Below are positions 39,260 through 52,739 of a stretch of DNA of 64,000 nt, piece after piece. The notes under the pieces were generated by a model. It was not told the origin of the DNA. It ran no database searches and was given only the letters and a program-made list of their open reading frames with translations. The number at the start of each line of letters is the position of its first letter. The first letter of the stretch is position 1. The stretch is taken from NCBI GenBank assembly GCA_907165135.1, contig OU015569.1:3472001-3536000 (forward strand). The letters run 5' to 3'. The position numbers and the translations under genes are program-made. Origin of the DNA: Oikopleura dioica (taxonomy: Eukaryota > Animalia > Chordata).

Positions 39260-41099
39260 GTCTACATTGCAGGACTACAGTGTTTTCCATGGTGAAGAAA
39301 ATAATGGAAGGTATAGGTAGATAAATTGTGTAAAATGAAGTGATGTGAATATTCAGAAAAAACCTTCTGCAGAAGATCGGCTTGATGCTCCTTCCCAGTC
39401 ATCTTCAGGGGAAGCGCGTAACCTCGGGATGGTAGATTTCGAGGTCTTTGGGCTGTTTGAGCTTCATTATGAATTGGAAACGAAGCTGTCTTCTTGCGGA
39501 CTTGGTGGTCCTCAACTTCAGTACGGGATCTCTTTGACATTGCTCGTCGCGAGGGCATGGTAGAAACTATTTTGGGTAGTTATTCACGAGAAAACTCACA
39601 CACGAACAAACTCACCTGAATCTTTGGATGTACAAGAACTAGTCGGCGGTTCTTGATACGTTTTTGAGAGATCAATTGCCCCTTCTTTTGGGTCTTCTTT
39701 TTTCTTGTCTTTCTTCGGTGTTCTGGCGGAATATCGCACGGAGAAAAGGGTTCCGCATCGCTAATGAGTACTCTGCTAGACTGAACGGTATAAGCTTCTG
39801 CAACGTTTGTAATTTGTCTGAAGAGTTCGTCGCGGCAGGCGATGAAAGCTTGCCGAGTAGAATCGATGTCCGTTTTCTTCGCATCATAGTTGTAGTTGAT
39901 GTTGCACAAGGGATCCTGCTCCATCCAATCGAGCTCTTTACTTTCTTTTTCTAGACTTTTCTCAATCGTTGAGATCTGAAGAAGATGACTTTATTGATCG
40001 CCTGAAATATTCGTTTACCTTATTCAATACACCGGCTGAATGCAGGAGTGCAGTAAGTTTACGTTCACTATCGTGCTCCAGTTTTTTTAGCTCCATCTCG
40101 CGCTGCAGTTGTACAGCGTCTATATAGTCTTGGTATTTTCTATCGATTTTATTCTTGAGGTCCCCCACGGTCTTTTTGAAAAACTCAGCTAGGTTCTCTT
40201 CCCTCGTGAAATCGTGCGACAACTCAACGTGACGCAGACTCTCTCGGCTAAGAAGATGTCTCCCAAAATCTAAGCATCCTTGCACGCGGTCTTGAAGTTT
40301 ACGACATTTTCTTTGATGTAATTCCATTCCATCTGGTGACGGCTCAGTCTTTACGCAAACATTGGCTCTGGTTTCAAATGATTGAATCCCCGCATCATCC
40401 ATCGCTCCACTTTCAGTCGTATTTAGAGTAGAATTGCCGTTTGAATTTGGAGGAGCTCTCTGCATCGAGTGAGCTTCGCTGATGGCACTTTGAAAATTCA
40501 GGTTAGCATTGAAATTTCTTCGAATTTCACTGGTAACAGAAGCAGCAATTGAACTTGTGCGGGTGATAGCTCCTCCCCACTCGGCTGGTGGTATTTTGGT
40601 AGAATCCTACGAAAATTCATAACACGGTTTTCGGGGAAAAAAAATAAACCTTTTGGCGCTGGCGGAGTTTGTGCATTGCTCTCTCATGAGGAGTCTCGCG
40701 GGTGTTTCGAATAACAGTCTCTTCGAACGACCCAAAAGAGGCTCCTTGATCCTCAATCCCGCTTTGAGGGGAAATCATTGAGCTGTTCGCAATAGGACCA
40801 CGAAAAGAATTACTAGCAGCGGTTGATCTTTCCAAAGGTGGGGTGATGCATTCTTTTGTCATTATTTCTTTTGAATTTGTATGATTTACATCCGGGAGAG
40901 ACTGTAGGTCTGTCATATCTTCATCATCGCTATCTAAAGGCCCGTATTCTAATTCAGGTCCTTCTGGGGGTAGTGGATTCTCCGCGAGAAGACGGAGTTC
41001 CTCGTCAGCGTCCATCTCTGCGAGATCGTTCTGTTCATCTATGGCGAGGATGTCTTCCTCTGTAGGCGGTTCAGATGTGTTCAGTGCAAACTGACCCAT
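39260..41099 (-). CDS. Unidentified multi-exon protein: acidic N-terminus, coiled-coil middle, basic NLS-like cluster
   Basis: Same-strand long ORFs (40617-41192, 39962-40465, 39580-39924) join at plausible GT-AG sites; RRKTRKKKTQKK cluster; 3' end uncertain. Confidence 0.6.
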
Positions 41100-41324
41100 C
41101 CTTCGAACACAGATATTCTCTAAGAAAAAAGTCTTGACAATGCGTTCGCTGAGGATTTTATTGAAGAGAAAGATAAAACAAAAGGGTCGCATTTTATCTG
41201 AGCTGAATAGGAAATGCTTGCTAAATTGAAAAGCTAAAATAGAAACTAATAAGTTAGTGTCATTCCCCTAAGAAGACAGGGATCGCATTTAATACAGTAA
41301 GGAATGACAGTGGAAAGTATTGAG

Positions 41325-44300
41325 TTAATTACAGTCGTTGGCAATTGTTTGTCGTCGTAGTTGCGCATAAAGCTTCTTGAATGAGGGTCGGGAGGCTTCA
41401 TCACGCTGCCAGCAGGTTTGAATTACCTCCCAGGTTTCTTCAGGGCAGTCCTAAAACAAATGACGAACTGAAATAAGAAAAGTGTCTTACCGAAGGTCTT
41501 GGTAACCAGGGAACCATTCCGCAAGTGATGGTGGACTGGTCTTTGTAAAGAGCAACCATTCGCTGAATCACCTGCTCGTCTGACAACATCTCCAGTGGCC
41601 GCTCTCGACACAATATGTACACTTAATTAAAAGCTCAGAAAATTCAGAAGTTGTCTAAGTAATACCTTCGTAAACAGTAACACCGAAACTCCAGACATCT
41701 GACTTCGTCGTAAAGTTGCCAAGAATAATTGATTCCCATGCCGACCAGCGGATGGGCATCACAACATTACCAGTGACTTTGAAATAGTCTTTCGAGTACA
41801 GATTTCGTGACATTCCGAAATCTCCAACGCGAACACGCAGACCGCGCCCAACAAAACAGTTTCTTTATTTGAGTGAAGATTAGAGTTTTTAGCATTTGAT
41901 CAATTGGACATTACTACAGATTTATAATGAAAATAATTCCAACTCAATGCCTAGCGGCTAAATCGCGATGAACGACGCGGACAGACTCCAAGTACTCCAT
42001 TGCGGCTGCAATTTGTACTGAGACATCGAGCAGAGACTTGTACGAAATAAATCCGGGATCATCAGAGTCACAGTCCTCACACGTCAGCCTTCTTCTCAGG
42101 TACTGACGAAGATCACCGTGTTCGGAGTAGCCTGACAACAGCGCTGGTATGTCAGGAATCACGGCCAAAAGAGGGAGAATATTGCGATGGCGGAGACCAT
42201 ACATTAAATTCGCTTCTTCCAAGAAAATCTTTTTCGTTTCAGGAGAGGAGTTGTTCTTTAGCCGCTTTAGAGCTGCTAGAACCTTCAAATTCGGTGTAAG
42301 TTTTGGGATTTGGTCGAAGACGAGTTACCTTGGTCGCACCAGCCGGCAAATCGGACCTATCAAGTCGTGGGAAGCAGTTAATCGGCGCCTCGACAAGCAT
42401 AACTTCACCAAATTCTCCCTAAAGTACATTTTAACTTAACCGCAGCTACAGGGCCCGTGTAAAAACGATGACTCACCGCGCCAAGCTCTTCAAGAGCTTT
42501 AACATGCTCCGCTGCAATCGTCGGTGGGGGTTCTTTCGTTCGAAGAGCTTAATCGAAAATCTATGCCTGAATTAAAGGAGAGTATAAATACCTTCTGGTG
42601 AGGCGTAACGAATCGTTCCAACTGGGCCGTATATTCGGCGACTCTGGTCGCGGAAATTTGCTGGGGGCTCGTAAATTGGATCATCGTTAACCTGAATTCT
42701 CATATCATCAACATTCAATTAGATTTGATCTTACTTCAGGGGTAGGAATTAAAGGCCTCCCAATGTGACTTTGGTTGGAAGGCTGTCTTCTGTGTGGGGA
42801 ATAGGCAACGGGGGCGGTGCGCCGGCGATCTTGTTGAGGAATTTGGTCCTGAATGTAAAATGAGATTTCCAATTTTCCTCCAAGTTTGAATTTTCAAAAA
42901 AAAAAACGAGCACTGAGTGTTTCATGAATAGCAGAATGCACGAGACAAGAGCATGTTTACACCACTACATGATGAGTTTTTTTTTTGCGCACGACTTCGG
43001 ATCAGTTATTGAAATCGATGAACGTGATTGTGTGTGATTTCGCGAAGAGGGGATTATTGTGAATGATAAACTTACATAGAAGTTGCGCGGTGTAGCATAA
43101 CGCATTTGATTCTGAATGTATAATCACCAAATGTCACCATCTTTCATTTCCCGAACAGCTGTCAGAGCGAGAGAGTACACCAAACGCTCGTTAAAAAGGC
43201 CTCATCAAGTGAACGTTAATTCCTGGTAATTTGACCTTTACGGAGGCCATTGAATCATCAAAATGTGATGACCGTGACTCTTCCCCACTTTCGGGAAATG
43301 AAAGATTATTCACCAAGAGATCAATGTTATCAGCTACTTACAGGCAGCGAAATGCCTCTAGGAATGAGGTCCACATTTTGCGTCATCAGGGGCTGCGTAT
43401 GGGGATAAATTGGGGAGCAAGCACGTTCTCGGCCGGTCGCGTAGTCCGGAAAATCCTGCTGCCGTTTTCTCCATATCAAAATACAGGCAACGAAAATGAC
43501 GACAATCAACGCGCCTACAATGCCAACAACTATCCCTGCTAACGTTTCTGGACTAGAACTAGCGGGTGTTACACCTTCTTCGCTCTTGTAAAGGACCGTC
43601 GGGGTGATGCTTTCAAGTTCGGCATGTATTTGATCCCCGGCGACTATCGTGGCGATTCGAACTTTCTCAATATTTGAGGGGAAGCGAATCGCCAAACGTC
43701 CATCCTGGTTCTCGTCAAATTTCGCATGCCAGAGGTGAGTAGTGTCGTTTTGCTCGAAAAGAACAGTCTGTTGGAATTCTTGCTTGTGGATTTGATCGCC
43801 TACAGCGTACTCAGAGTTAAACTCTCGGCTCTGTTCGTTTTGCCACTCAAGGTGTCCTTGGAAAGCCAGTTCCTTGAAGGAGTTTCCGGTGCCGATCGGA
43901 GCCACCACAAGGATGTCGTGCTTAGTCGGGTTGACAATCAAAACTGAGTATCTACCAGATTTCGGCATCGAGTCACCCGTCATCGTATAAGTAATTATTT
44001 CCTCGGATGTAAGGTAAAATTTGACATATTTGAGCCAGATGTGACAGTTATTTTCTTTGTGGAAGGTGAGATCGATAGAGTTGTAGCCTGTGTTGCTGCT
44101 GTGCCCAATTTCGAAGATGGTTGTCCTGTAGTTCGTGAATTCGGCTTTGAATTCCTTTTCTTCTGGAACTCCTTTTCCGTGCTGCAACATGATCTTCACA
44201 TCAGTGAATCCCGAGTGCTCCCCATTAGCACTGTCGATTCGCCAGTTCACATGAATTTTCTTTATTTTGAGGTAGGTTTTCGTGTTGGGCTTGTTCTGGT

Positions 44301-45271
44301 AAAACTCAAAACGAAAGGGTGTCCATTCTTCCTGAAAACTCCCAAATCCAAACTCAAGATCCACATTTCTGGGGGTCGAAACGATCATGGGTGTCGGCAG
44401 AATGATTTGACTTTCTCCACATGCGAAGAATTCAAATCTTATGCAGGCAGTCGAGCTGGATTCAGACTCTGTATCGAGGACAAGGCGCAGTTTAAATTTG
44501 TTGGAAGTCGTTTTCGTTTCTAGTCGTATGCGTCCGTTCGGCAACACCTTTAGGACATCATATCCAGATCGCGTCACGTATCGCTTGAACTCGCCAATGC
44601 TTTTTTAAAGTAATCCAGTTTGATGTATTTCGGCAAAGGACGCCCGCCAACTTGAGTAATTCCAATCTCTTCTACGGTCGTTTCCTCGTCAAAGTCTACA
44701 ATAACAGTCAAAGATTAAAAATGAGAAGGTAAAGGGCTAATCTTAGTTTATGTGAAAAATCCACGAAGCATGTCATTAGCGGTTTCAGTTTCATTTTAGG
44801 GCGATGGATGACTAGAATATTTGAATTCAGTTTTATTTAAACTGGTCGGGCATTGACGAGAAACTCCACGTGAGAAACTCGCTATCTTCAAAGATGAAAG
44901 AGGTAAATATAAATGTGGTTAACTGCAAACAAACGCTAAGTACAACTCCTCAGACGAAAGAGTGTGTTTTGTGTTAGTGTTTAGAAAATGAGTGAAGGTC
45001 ACTTACCAACTTGCAGCGCGTCGCTTGAGGGAGCGCACCATCCCTCTTTTTTCAGCAATTCGGAGCTGACCTTGTCCGCATTTGTGGAGATTTTAGTACA
45101 GTTTGATTTGGCTTCGCACGCCCTCAGAGAGAACAAATTCTCGCTAGGACAGGCTGCGATCGACGCTTGTCCTTCGAGCTCATTTTCGGTGCTGGATGTT
45201 AGCGCGCTCACTTCAGGAGCGTTCGTCCTGACCAACGGGGCGAGAACTGACAAAAAGTAGAACAGGAGCAT
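41325..45271 (-). CDS. DDR: Discoidin domain receptor tyrosine kinase (DDR family); multi-exon
   Basis: Signal peptide, discoidin motifs ([12 protein letters not shown]), [26 protein letters not shown], kinase [61 protein letters not shown]. Confidence 0.93.
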
Positions 45272-48200
45272 TTGCCTCCTCAAGCTTCACTTCTCTGGTC
45301 TCGCCATTTAGTCTTTCACTCCCCCCACGCTCTTCCTTCAGATCCAGCTTGAGGAGAGTGCGAATCTGCGCGCCGCGTCCGTCCCACTTCCGATTGTGCT
45401 TGGGCTATCTGCCGCTGAAATTTGTGTAACAAAGTGCTCTCGCTGATAATATTTCCTTGTTTATAGCCCGCGCGTGAGTAGCCGACCACTTGCCGGGAAA
45501 TGATATTGCTCGCTGTATTCATATTCAAGCAATTACAAGTTTAAGCCTCAATCAATCAAGCATTAATGAGTCATTAAAATAGATATTGTTAATTCAGGTG
45601 AACATTTCCGAACTGTTCCTGACCGCAAAAAGGAGCTAGAAAAATGGGGTTCTCAGGTGTATTCTCTGCTTCTGAGTAATCCCGGACTGGGTGGATTTTA
45701 TGATTTTACTAATAGCAAACACTTGAGGTCATGGCGCTCCAGTGGAGCGTTGCACTGACTACACAAATCGAAAAAGAAAGGAAATTCTGCGTGGAGGACG
45801 AGGGACGTAAATTTCTATCGCTCGTCCGCGCTTCTAAAGCCTTCTCACTTCTAAAACAAACGGGCGAGTTTATTAACCACGACAAAATATAACGCCCCTT
45901 TGTTTTGATCTCCGGCGCGTACACAGCGATTCGGAGTGGGAAATCTAAATCCTAAGCGACATCAATTACAAAATTCAAATTCATGAGTCCAATTAGCTAT
46001 TGTCTGCCACAAAGAAATTTAGAAAGAATGGATTCTAGTGTGCGAATCAGAGAAAGCGCATCATTTAAATCTTTGAGCGTTTGATGCACAATCAACGGTG
46101 ACTGTATTAGCAAACTTTTGAATTGAGCACCAAAATATTCAGAAAATTTAAAAACGAAATGATAGAAATAAAACTTCGCCCTTTGAATGAAGAGGTTACA
46201 CTTCCGGCTTCAAAAACGGGCTATTAACTTACCTAGCGAGACTTGGGAACGGGTCGAACTGAGTCTTCTCGGTCTCTTCTATCAGATCTCTCAAAGTTCA
46301 AGTTTCTTGGCGAAATCAAATTTCGCAGATTGACAATCAGATTTATTTTTCGCGAAAAAATGCGCTGGTGGAGTCGGAGTGGCGCGCGTAACTGCGCCGA
46401 GGGCAGCCGCAGCGGGTGACTCAGGCTTCACAGGGCCTAGTCATGCTCAATATTCTCTCTATCAATACTCAGCTCAGCACCGCCACGATTCAATTCTTCC
46501 CAGCAAATAATTATCACCCGTTTTTTCACGTATTTAGCTAGAATCGTCGTCGGCGAAATTACTTTAGAAGTTAAAGTTATTTGAAATTAAAGCTAGCAAA
46601 ACTCGTAAAGTTTAATGCGCGATGAATAACACAATAGCCGCTTGATTATCTTTGTTTTGAAGTACTGTATTTTTTCAGTTATCCTATAAGCAACACTACG
46701 ACCGTGAAAATCTATCGAAGTGGCTTTTCTTGATCAGAACTATGGACAATCAAAAATCGTGGAGTAGAGGAAATTAAGAAGAGGAAATTTTCAGACGTCA
46801 ATTATGAATGAAAATTTCTCGCATGTCTCGAAATTAAAGTGAACGTATATTTTCTCAGAATTCTTCGAGTAAACAGTTAGACGAGTGAGCTTTGAGGAGG
46901 ATGACTGAGTACGGTACAGTAGAGAAGAATGCCCACCCTCGGGTGAGATCAAGGAAGAGTAAATTTGCAAAAATGGGTAAGGATGTAAAAAGGGAAGTTA
47001 AACGGGCTAGCAAAAGTACCTTGCGAATTCAAGCCGGAGATCTCGGATCCTTAGAAATCAAGCGCACTTAGAATCCAATGATCACACAATATCAAATACA
47101 ACCAGAGCAAAAACTTTGATCAATTTGTCGATAAAACGGCCAAAAGGCAAATCTTCAGCCCTAGTTATACTAAAAATCAAATCTTTCATTCAATGTCTTG
47201 AATGATGCTTTGGTATCGAGTTGTTATTGCTTATTTAAAGAGCGAGGTTGAGGTTTTCGTTACAGTAATCTTTTTCGGGATTATTGAGCGGGTTTTGATT
47301 TTTAATCGAGATCGGAGCCCACAAGAGTGGTAAAAATAAGTGTTTTCATAGAAATGAAAAACGGGAGGAAGAGCGCTGATAATAGTAAATCAAATGTGAT
47401 AAAGGCAGGTATAGTAAACAGACGATAATGCAGGGATTCGTATCCTGATCCAAGATTCATTGATTTTCCGGGGATTTTACAAAGCGGGTTTTTCTGAAAG
47501 AAGATGATCGAATTCGCTCGTGCAGCAAAGGATGGAAGACAGTCGGGCCCAACAGCGCACGCGGCGCTAAAATAAAATTAAAAAAAGGTCTAACCGTTCA
47601 AGCTTACACTAGTCGAGAGCGGCTTTCCACATGAACTGCATCGAGCATTTTGAGAGGAAGGTTGAGGTTTTAAATGGTTATTCAGATCGTGGCATTTGCT
47701 CTCGCCAAGCTTAGTGATCAAAGTCGGGTCAGGCGCATAATTATTATAACGAGTGTTTTTCTGCAAACTTCTCGGCTGACTAAATGCTCAGCTACTGGAT
47801 TTGGAAGAAGAAAGATGCCATACCTTTGTGGCTTCTTTTCTAAACTTGTTTTTGCAATTCGAAGGCCACGATCAAGACTCCGAGCCTCGGCCGCCTGATT
47901 CGTGGCGAAAACGAATTTAGTCGCCCCTACGGCAGATGACAATTCTTCTTCGGGGGAGCACCACCACTCAACGTACCATGTGCTCGCTTGGACGGAACGG
48001 GGCTTCGGGCGAAGAGGCGATTGATGAGCTTTTTTGTTGAAGAATTTGTGAGTGAAGTGTGGCGTTAACTCAACGACTAGAGAAGATCTGGGCTCGCGCG
48101 TTATCAGCCAACTTGGCCGGCGGAAGATGATTTTCAGCTCCGAAATATGTCTTGGAACGAGAATGTTATCATTCTGTCGATTATTTTGACTTACTTTTCT

Positions 48201-48495
48201 TTTTGAAAGTACCCTTTAGCAGTGCAAATAATTTCATCGTTGCTGCTTGAGTCCATTAACGAATTAACTTTGTCATCTGAATTCAACAATGCTTCATTAT
48301 TAAACGCTTTTTAGAAAAAGTAAATCATTTATTTAGAAAAATAAGGCACTAGCTTGATTCAATATTTTTTGAATAAATGTCGCAGGAGATAATTGCATAT
48401 TTTGATTTGATTATTTTAACTGCTATTTATTTTGAAGAAAAATCGAGAGAAAGCTGGAATGAATTATATTTGACAGTTTTTCATGCTGTTTAATT

Positions 48496-49173
48496 TCAGT
48501 TGAAGGGAACTTGGGAGGTTTCTTTCTTGGCGAGTACGGCGGTAGAGAAGAACTCGAGCTCGTCCATCAGTTTTTTGATATTCTTCTCTATCGACTCTTT
48601 GCGCTCTCCAACGCAGTTTCCTTGCTCGTCCATTTGGATCTGAACGTTTGGAAGCGTGACGGTAGAAGGAAGAACAGCAAGTCCGATCATTCCCAAAGTC
48701 TGTCGGAGCGTTTGCTGCGCGATCATGCCGCCGAAATTGCCCATCGAGTAAGAAATGACCGAGGCACAACGCCATCGCCAAGTATTGTACGGGAAATGAT
48801 CCACAAAGTTAAGCAGCGCTGGGGAAACGCTAATCCATTTAAATCAGATCTCGTTTGAAGGAAATGTCTTACTTGAAGTTGTACTCGGCGGTGACGAAGA
48901 TGAACGCGTCTTGACTGCTGAGCTCTTGCTGAAGCTGCTTCAGGATTGCTGGTGGTTCTTGATTCGGCGGGTAGAAATGAAGAGGCTTTTCGAGAAGAGG
49001 AAGTTGACTTTCAGCAGGGTCGAAAATCTTTTAAACAAATTACAACTAATATGACAGTGATTTTGTACCTTTGGAGTGTGTCCTCTATCTTTGAGAGCTT
49101 TAGCTACGTGCTCGCCGACTCGACAGCTCATACGTCCTGGTCTGACTGAGCCTAGAATAATTCCGACTTTCAT
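48496..49173 (-). CDS. NAD(P)H-dependent FMN reductase / quinone reductase (flavodoxin-like, FMN_red family); 2 introns
   Basis: MKVGIILGSVRPGR (GSxR FMN-phosphate loop), DAFIFVTAEYN, LMDHF, SYSMGNFGG..AQQTLR. Confidence 0.88.
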
Positions 49174-49210
49174 TCTAAACAAAAAGATTTTCAATGCTGT
49201 CGTCGGGGGA
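49174..49210 (-). promoter_or_regulatory. 37-nt intercistronic spacer ending in a T-rich AG acceptor (probable SL trans-splice site)
   Basis: TATDN1 stop at 49211-49213, then ...TCTTTTTGTTTAG-A-ATG of the reductase. Trans-splicing is inferred. Confidence 0.65.
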
Positions 49211-50550
49211 TCACTCTAAGTCCAGCTTAAAAAGTCGCAGTGAGTTTGCCCATGCCGCATCAGCCACTTCATTCGGCTCTACTTCTTTTAGCGCAGCGAT
49301 AATTTCGACGATCTGTACGATGTGGCACGGCTCCGAGCGTCCTTTCACGGTATGTCCGTCTGCCCATTTCTTCGGTGCATTCTTGGTCGGGAAAGTCGTC
49401 TTGATCAGGTTGTGACCAGCGTGGGATGCTTTGACTTCGCACCAAGGGCAGTCGGTTTCTATCATCAAACGCTCGAGCGGAATGTTTTTCACTACTTTCA
49501 AGTTTTCTTGCGTTTTGAGGCTACAGCCGTTGATTCCAATGTAGAACTAAACAATTTACTGAAAGATCTAACTAAACACTAAGTTTACCTTCGTTTCATT
49601 TAGAATTCTGTCTCTCTCAGCTTCAGTTCCGTCGAATGAATGCACAACTCCTCCTGCTTCAATTTTGTCTTTGTTTCGTAAAACGATTTCAAGGAAATCC
49701 GAGAGGTGCGATAGAAAATCCGTTCAAAAGGAGATTTACTAGGGCGGACAATATTCTAGGCCTGAGCGAGAAATTGGAAGAGATCAAATCAAATATTTGA
49801 ATTTCAAATATTTTCGTCGCGCTATCATTCAGAAATCGTCATTTTATTTAATTTTCATCATGATAAAAATAAAAATTCATTAAAATTCTTCTTCTCTGCG
49901 CCTTGTTTCGAAAAAGTAAAAGAAATTCATATTATGAAATTTGTATAGGATTTCTGGATATTATATCACACGGACCTTCACATGCTGCCCTCATATGGAG
50001 GAAGAGAGGCTTTCCGCTATCCTTTGAGAGGCTGATCTAGAATATTCGACTGAAATTGAAGCTCGTAAAAGCCATGGAAGATTCCGGAATCGAGTATTCC
50101 TGTTTCCTGAGCTGCCTTTCAAAATATTTCTTTTGCGTTTCTTTCTCGCAAAACTGAAGTCTATCGTAATCAAGGCCACACTCGCCAATCGCCTTTACTC
50201 GTTCATTCTTTGCTAGATCGGCAAGCATGTTAAAGTAGATCTCTGGGTAGCCAGACATTTCGATTTCGTTGCAGCGGGTTGGATGGACCCCTACCGTTGA
50301 AAATCCGCCAGGTAGTTTTTCAGCTATTTTAAGGGCGTCTTCCGAGTCGTGGTAAGTTCCACCTGTGACCAAATAACCTGAAAACTACGCTTATCCACAA
50401 TGAGTTTGCGATGTGTCTACCAGAAACGCCAACGTCAGTAGCCCGCTTTATAATACGATCGAAATCATCCTCGTGCTTTCTATTTCCTCGGTATATCCCA
50501 GTAAACACGGGATCCGTTAAATTCGCGCCGATGTCAAAGTATTTCGGCAT
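49211..50550 (-). CDS. TATDN1: TatD-family DNase, TATDN1; multi-exon
   Basis: [79 protein letters not shown]. Confidence 0.95.
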
Positions 50551-51906
50551 TTTACAAAGTCTGAGCGGTCGGACAATGATTACAACCGATAAACGCGCAC
50601 TCTAAATTAAATCTTGTCAACGAGCTGTTCTATTTAGGATATTCGTAATCTTGAAAACCGCGCGGTCAATCCGAAACACCCCGAGGCAAATCTGCGGTAG
50701 TGTACGATTCATGCGGTTCGGCGCCCATTTTTACGAAATAATTATTTCCTTTCTTTTTCACTCGGCCCGTGCTTTTCGGCCTTTTGCACTTGTAAATAGG
50801 GCAACTATGGATTACTAAAGAGTCGCTTGTATTGTTTATTAATTCCCAAATCGGTGGAACGTGCGATTTTACGCCAATAAAGTCGAGAACGACTCTTGAA
50901 TAAAATTGTTTATCTCAAAATACGCTGCTTGCGGACCCCCGGGCTCAACGGAGACATGAAGTTTCCATAAGAGAAGCTGCTTTTTTGATGACTATACGAA
51001 GAAAATGGGCACGGCAAATCAATTGATGGTAAGTTTTATCAACTCTTCTTTTTAAAAGCACTTTGTATAATGGATACTAATCGCGTGCGCATGAGTGTAC
51101 CCATTCCCTAAGTAATTATCGTCTCAGACAGACTTAAGCGTGTATCTGACGACGGGAACTAAACTGATTTTTACAAAAAAGGGCTCTCTATTGTGTAAAA
51201 CGGAAAGTATATAAACGGGCATAGTTAGAGTTGTGTGCCGAAAGAGCAAGAAAGAAAAAAAAAACGCTCGGCGTGTAGTGTGCTCCAGAGGGGTCATTAA
51301 ACACAAGCCAAAGAGCATTTACCAGGTCTTTTCAATAGTTTTTACGTAGCCCGTGACGACCCCAACAGAATTACATTGAAAAAGAGACAAAATCGGAGTG
51401 AGAGAAACAACAATTGAAAATGAATATAATCCAACGATAAATAAGCTTCTTTTTTTTTATTCGAATGCGAATACAGCCACATGGCGAAGCTACAGAGTGA
51501 AGCTACTAAAGCGGTGGCTAGCTGTGCTGGCAGTGGATGGAGAAATCCTAATTTTGGAATTCTTACACTCCTTGGTGAGTAGCATCAATCGCCCCGCTAC
51601 GTTTGACTAAGCATTGTTACGAGGCAGCTTAAATAAATTCAACGAAATTAAATATACTCGTTTGTGCACGCGTATTTATTTTTTACCACTATTGATATTT
51701 GAAATATTTCCGACTCTTTTAATATTTGAATCGTTTTCTGAGCGCAAAAATTTGCGAACTTTTAGGTTTGATGAAAAGAGACCTGGTATTTACTTTTTAT
51801 AGGAGTTGTTGCTGCTCCTCAAATTGTTTTTTTTTACAAGCACTAATTATTATTGCTAGTGTTGCTGATAGCTGTCGCGCAGGCCAGTAATGGCGGCCGT
51901 TTGAAG

Positions 51907-52510
51907 ATGAAGAACCGATTTTTTGTTCTCGTCGGCGCTAGTCTACTTTCTGTCTATTCTATTTATGCCTTCAATCATCAAAAATCACTGCCATCATGTG
52001 TTCAAACTCAAGGAACGGCTCAAAAAATTAATTCCGCTGTCTAAGTTTTTTTTGGAAAGTGTTTTCAAGCCAGATGAAGGAAGTCTATCTCCCCAGGATG
52101 AAAAAATGATCCATCTCCTTCGAATGGTGGATACGTTGGGGCTGGATGAAGTGAAAAAACTAGCCGAAGACTACCTCCATCCGTCGAACTCGAGCGGCAA
52201 TGCGCAGAAAACCAAAAGTGAGAAATTCTCACTGTTGCAGCTGCATCGTTTCGACCCCTTTGTATTCGCAAGGGATCATAAAGCGGACTGTCAACGACGG
52301 CTACAACTATCTGAGCTTACGTCCGAAGACAAGGCCCAAGCCGGATTGACACCGGAACAAGCTATCGAAAGATATAAAGGTTTTCTTCGCATGCTCCCGC
52401 ACATATCGTTACTGACTATTAACCTTTCTATCAAAGCATTCACTAATCAAGTTTTGATGATTACCGGAAACGAGTGCGCACAGCGCGCATTCTGGCATTT
52501 GCGGCGATAA
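51907..52510 (+). CDS. Unidentified probable type II membrane protein
   Basis: MKNRFFVLVGASLLSVYSIYAF hydrophobic stretch followed, after a probable short intron, by a long open frame; no family recognised. Confidence 0.4.
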
Positions 52511-52739
52511 TTTTTACACCTTGATAGTCGATCAGAAAGCTGTTAATATTTTGCAATTTAAAAGTTGCCCACTTTAGTACAATAACAATTGTTGGCTCCT
52601 ATTGTTTTTACGTGAGAAGAAAATGATAAAACTCTAGCGAGTTTGGATGGTATTAAATTTTATTGAGTTGGGCACGGTCAGCTCCGGTCAATTTGTCGAT
52701 CATAATTGATAGTTCTGTCAGATGGACTAATTGTTTGTT

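Noticed and set aside
43231-45260. Plus-strand ORFs overlapping DDR
   Set aside because: Antisense shadows of long DDR exons.
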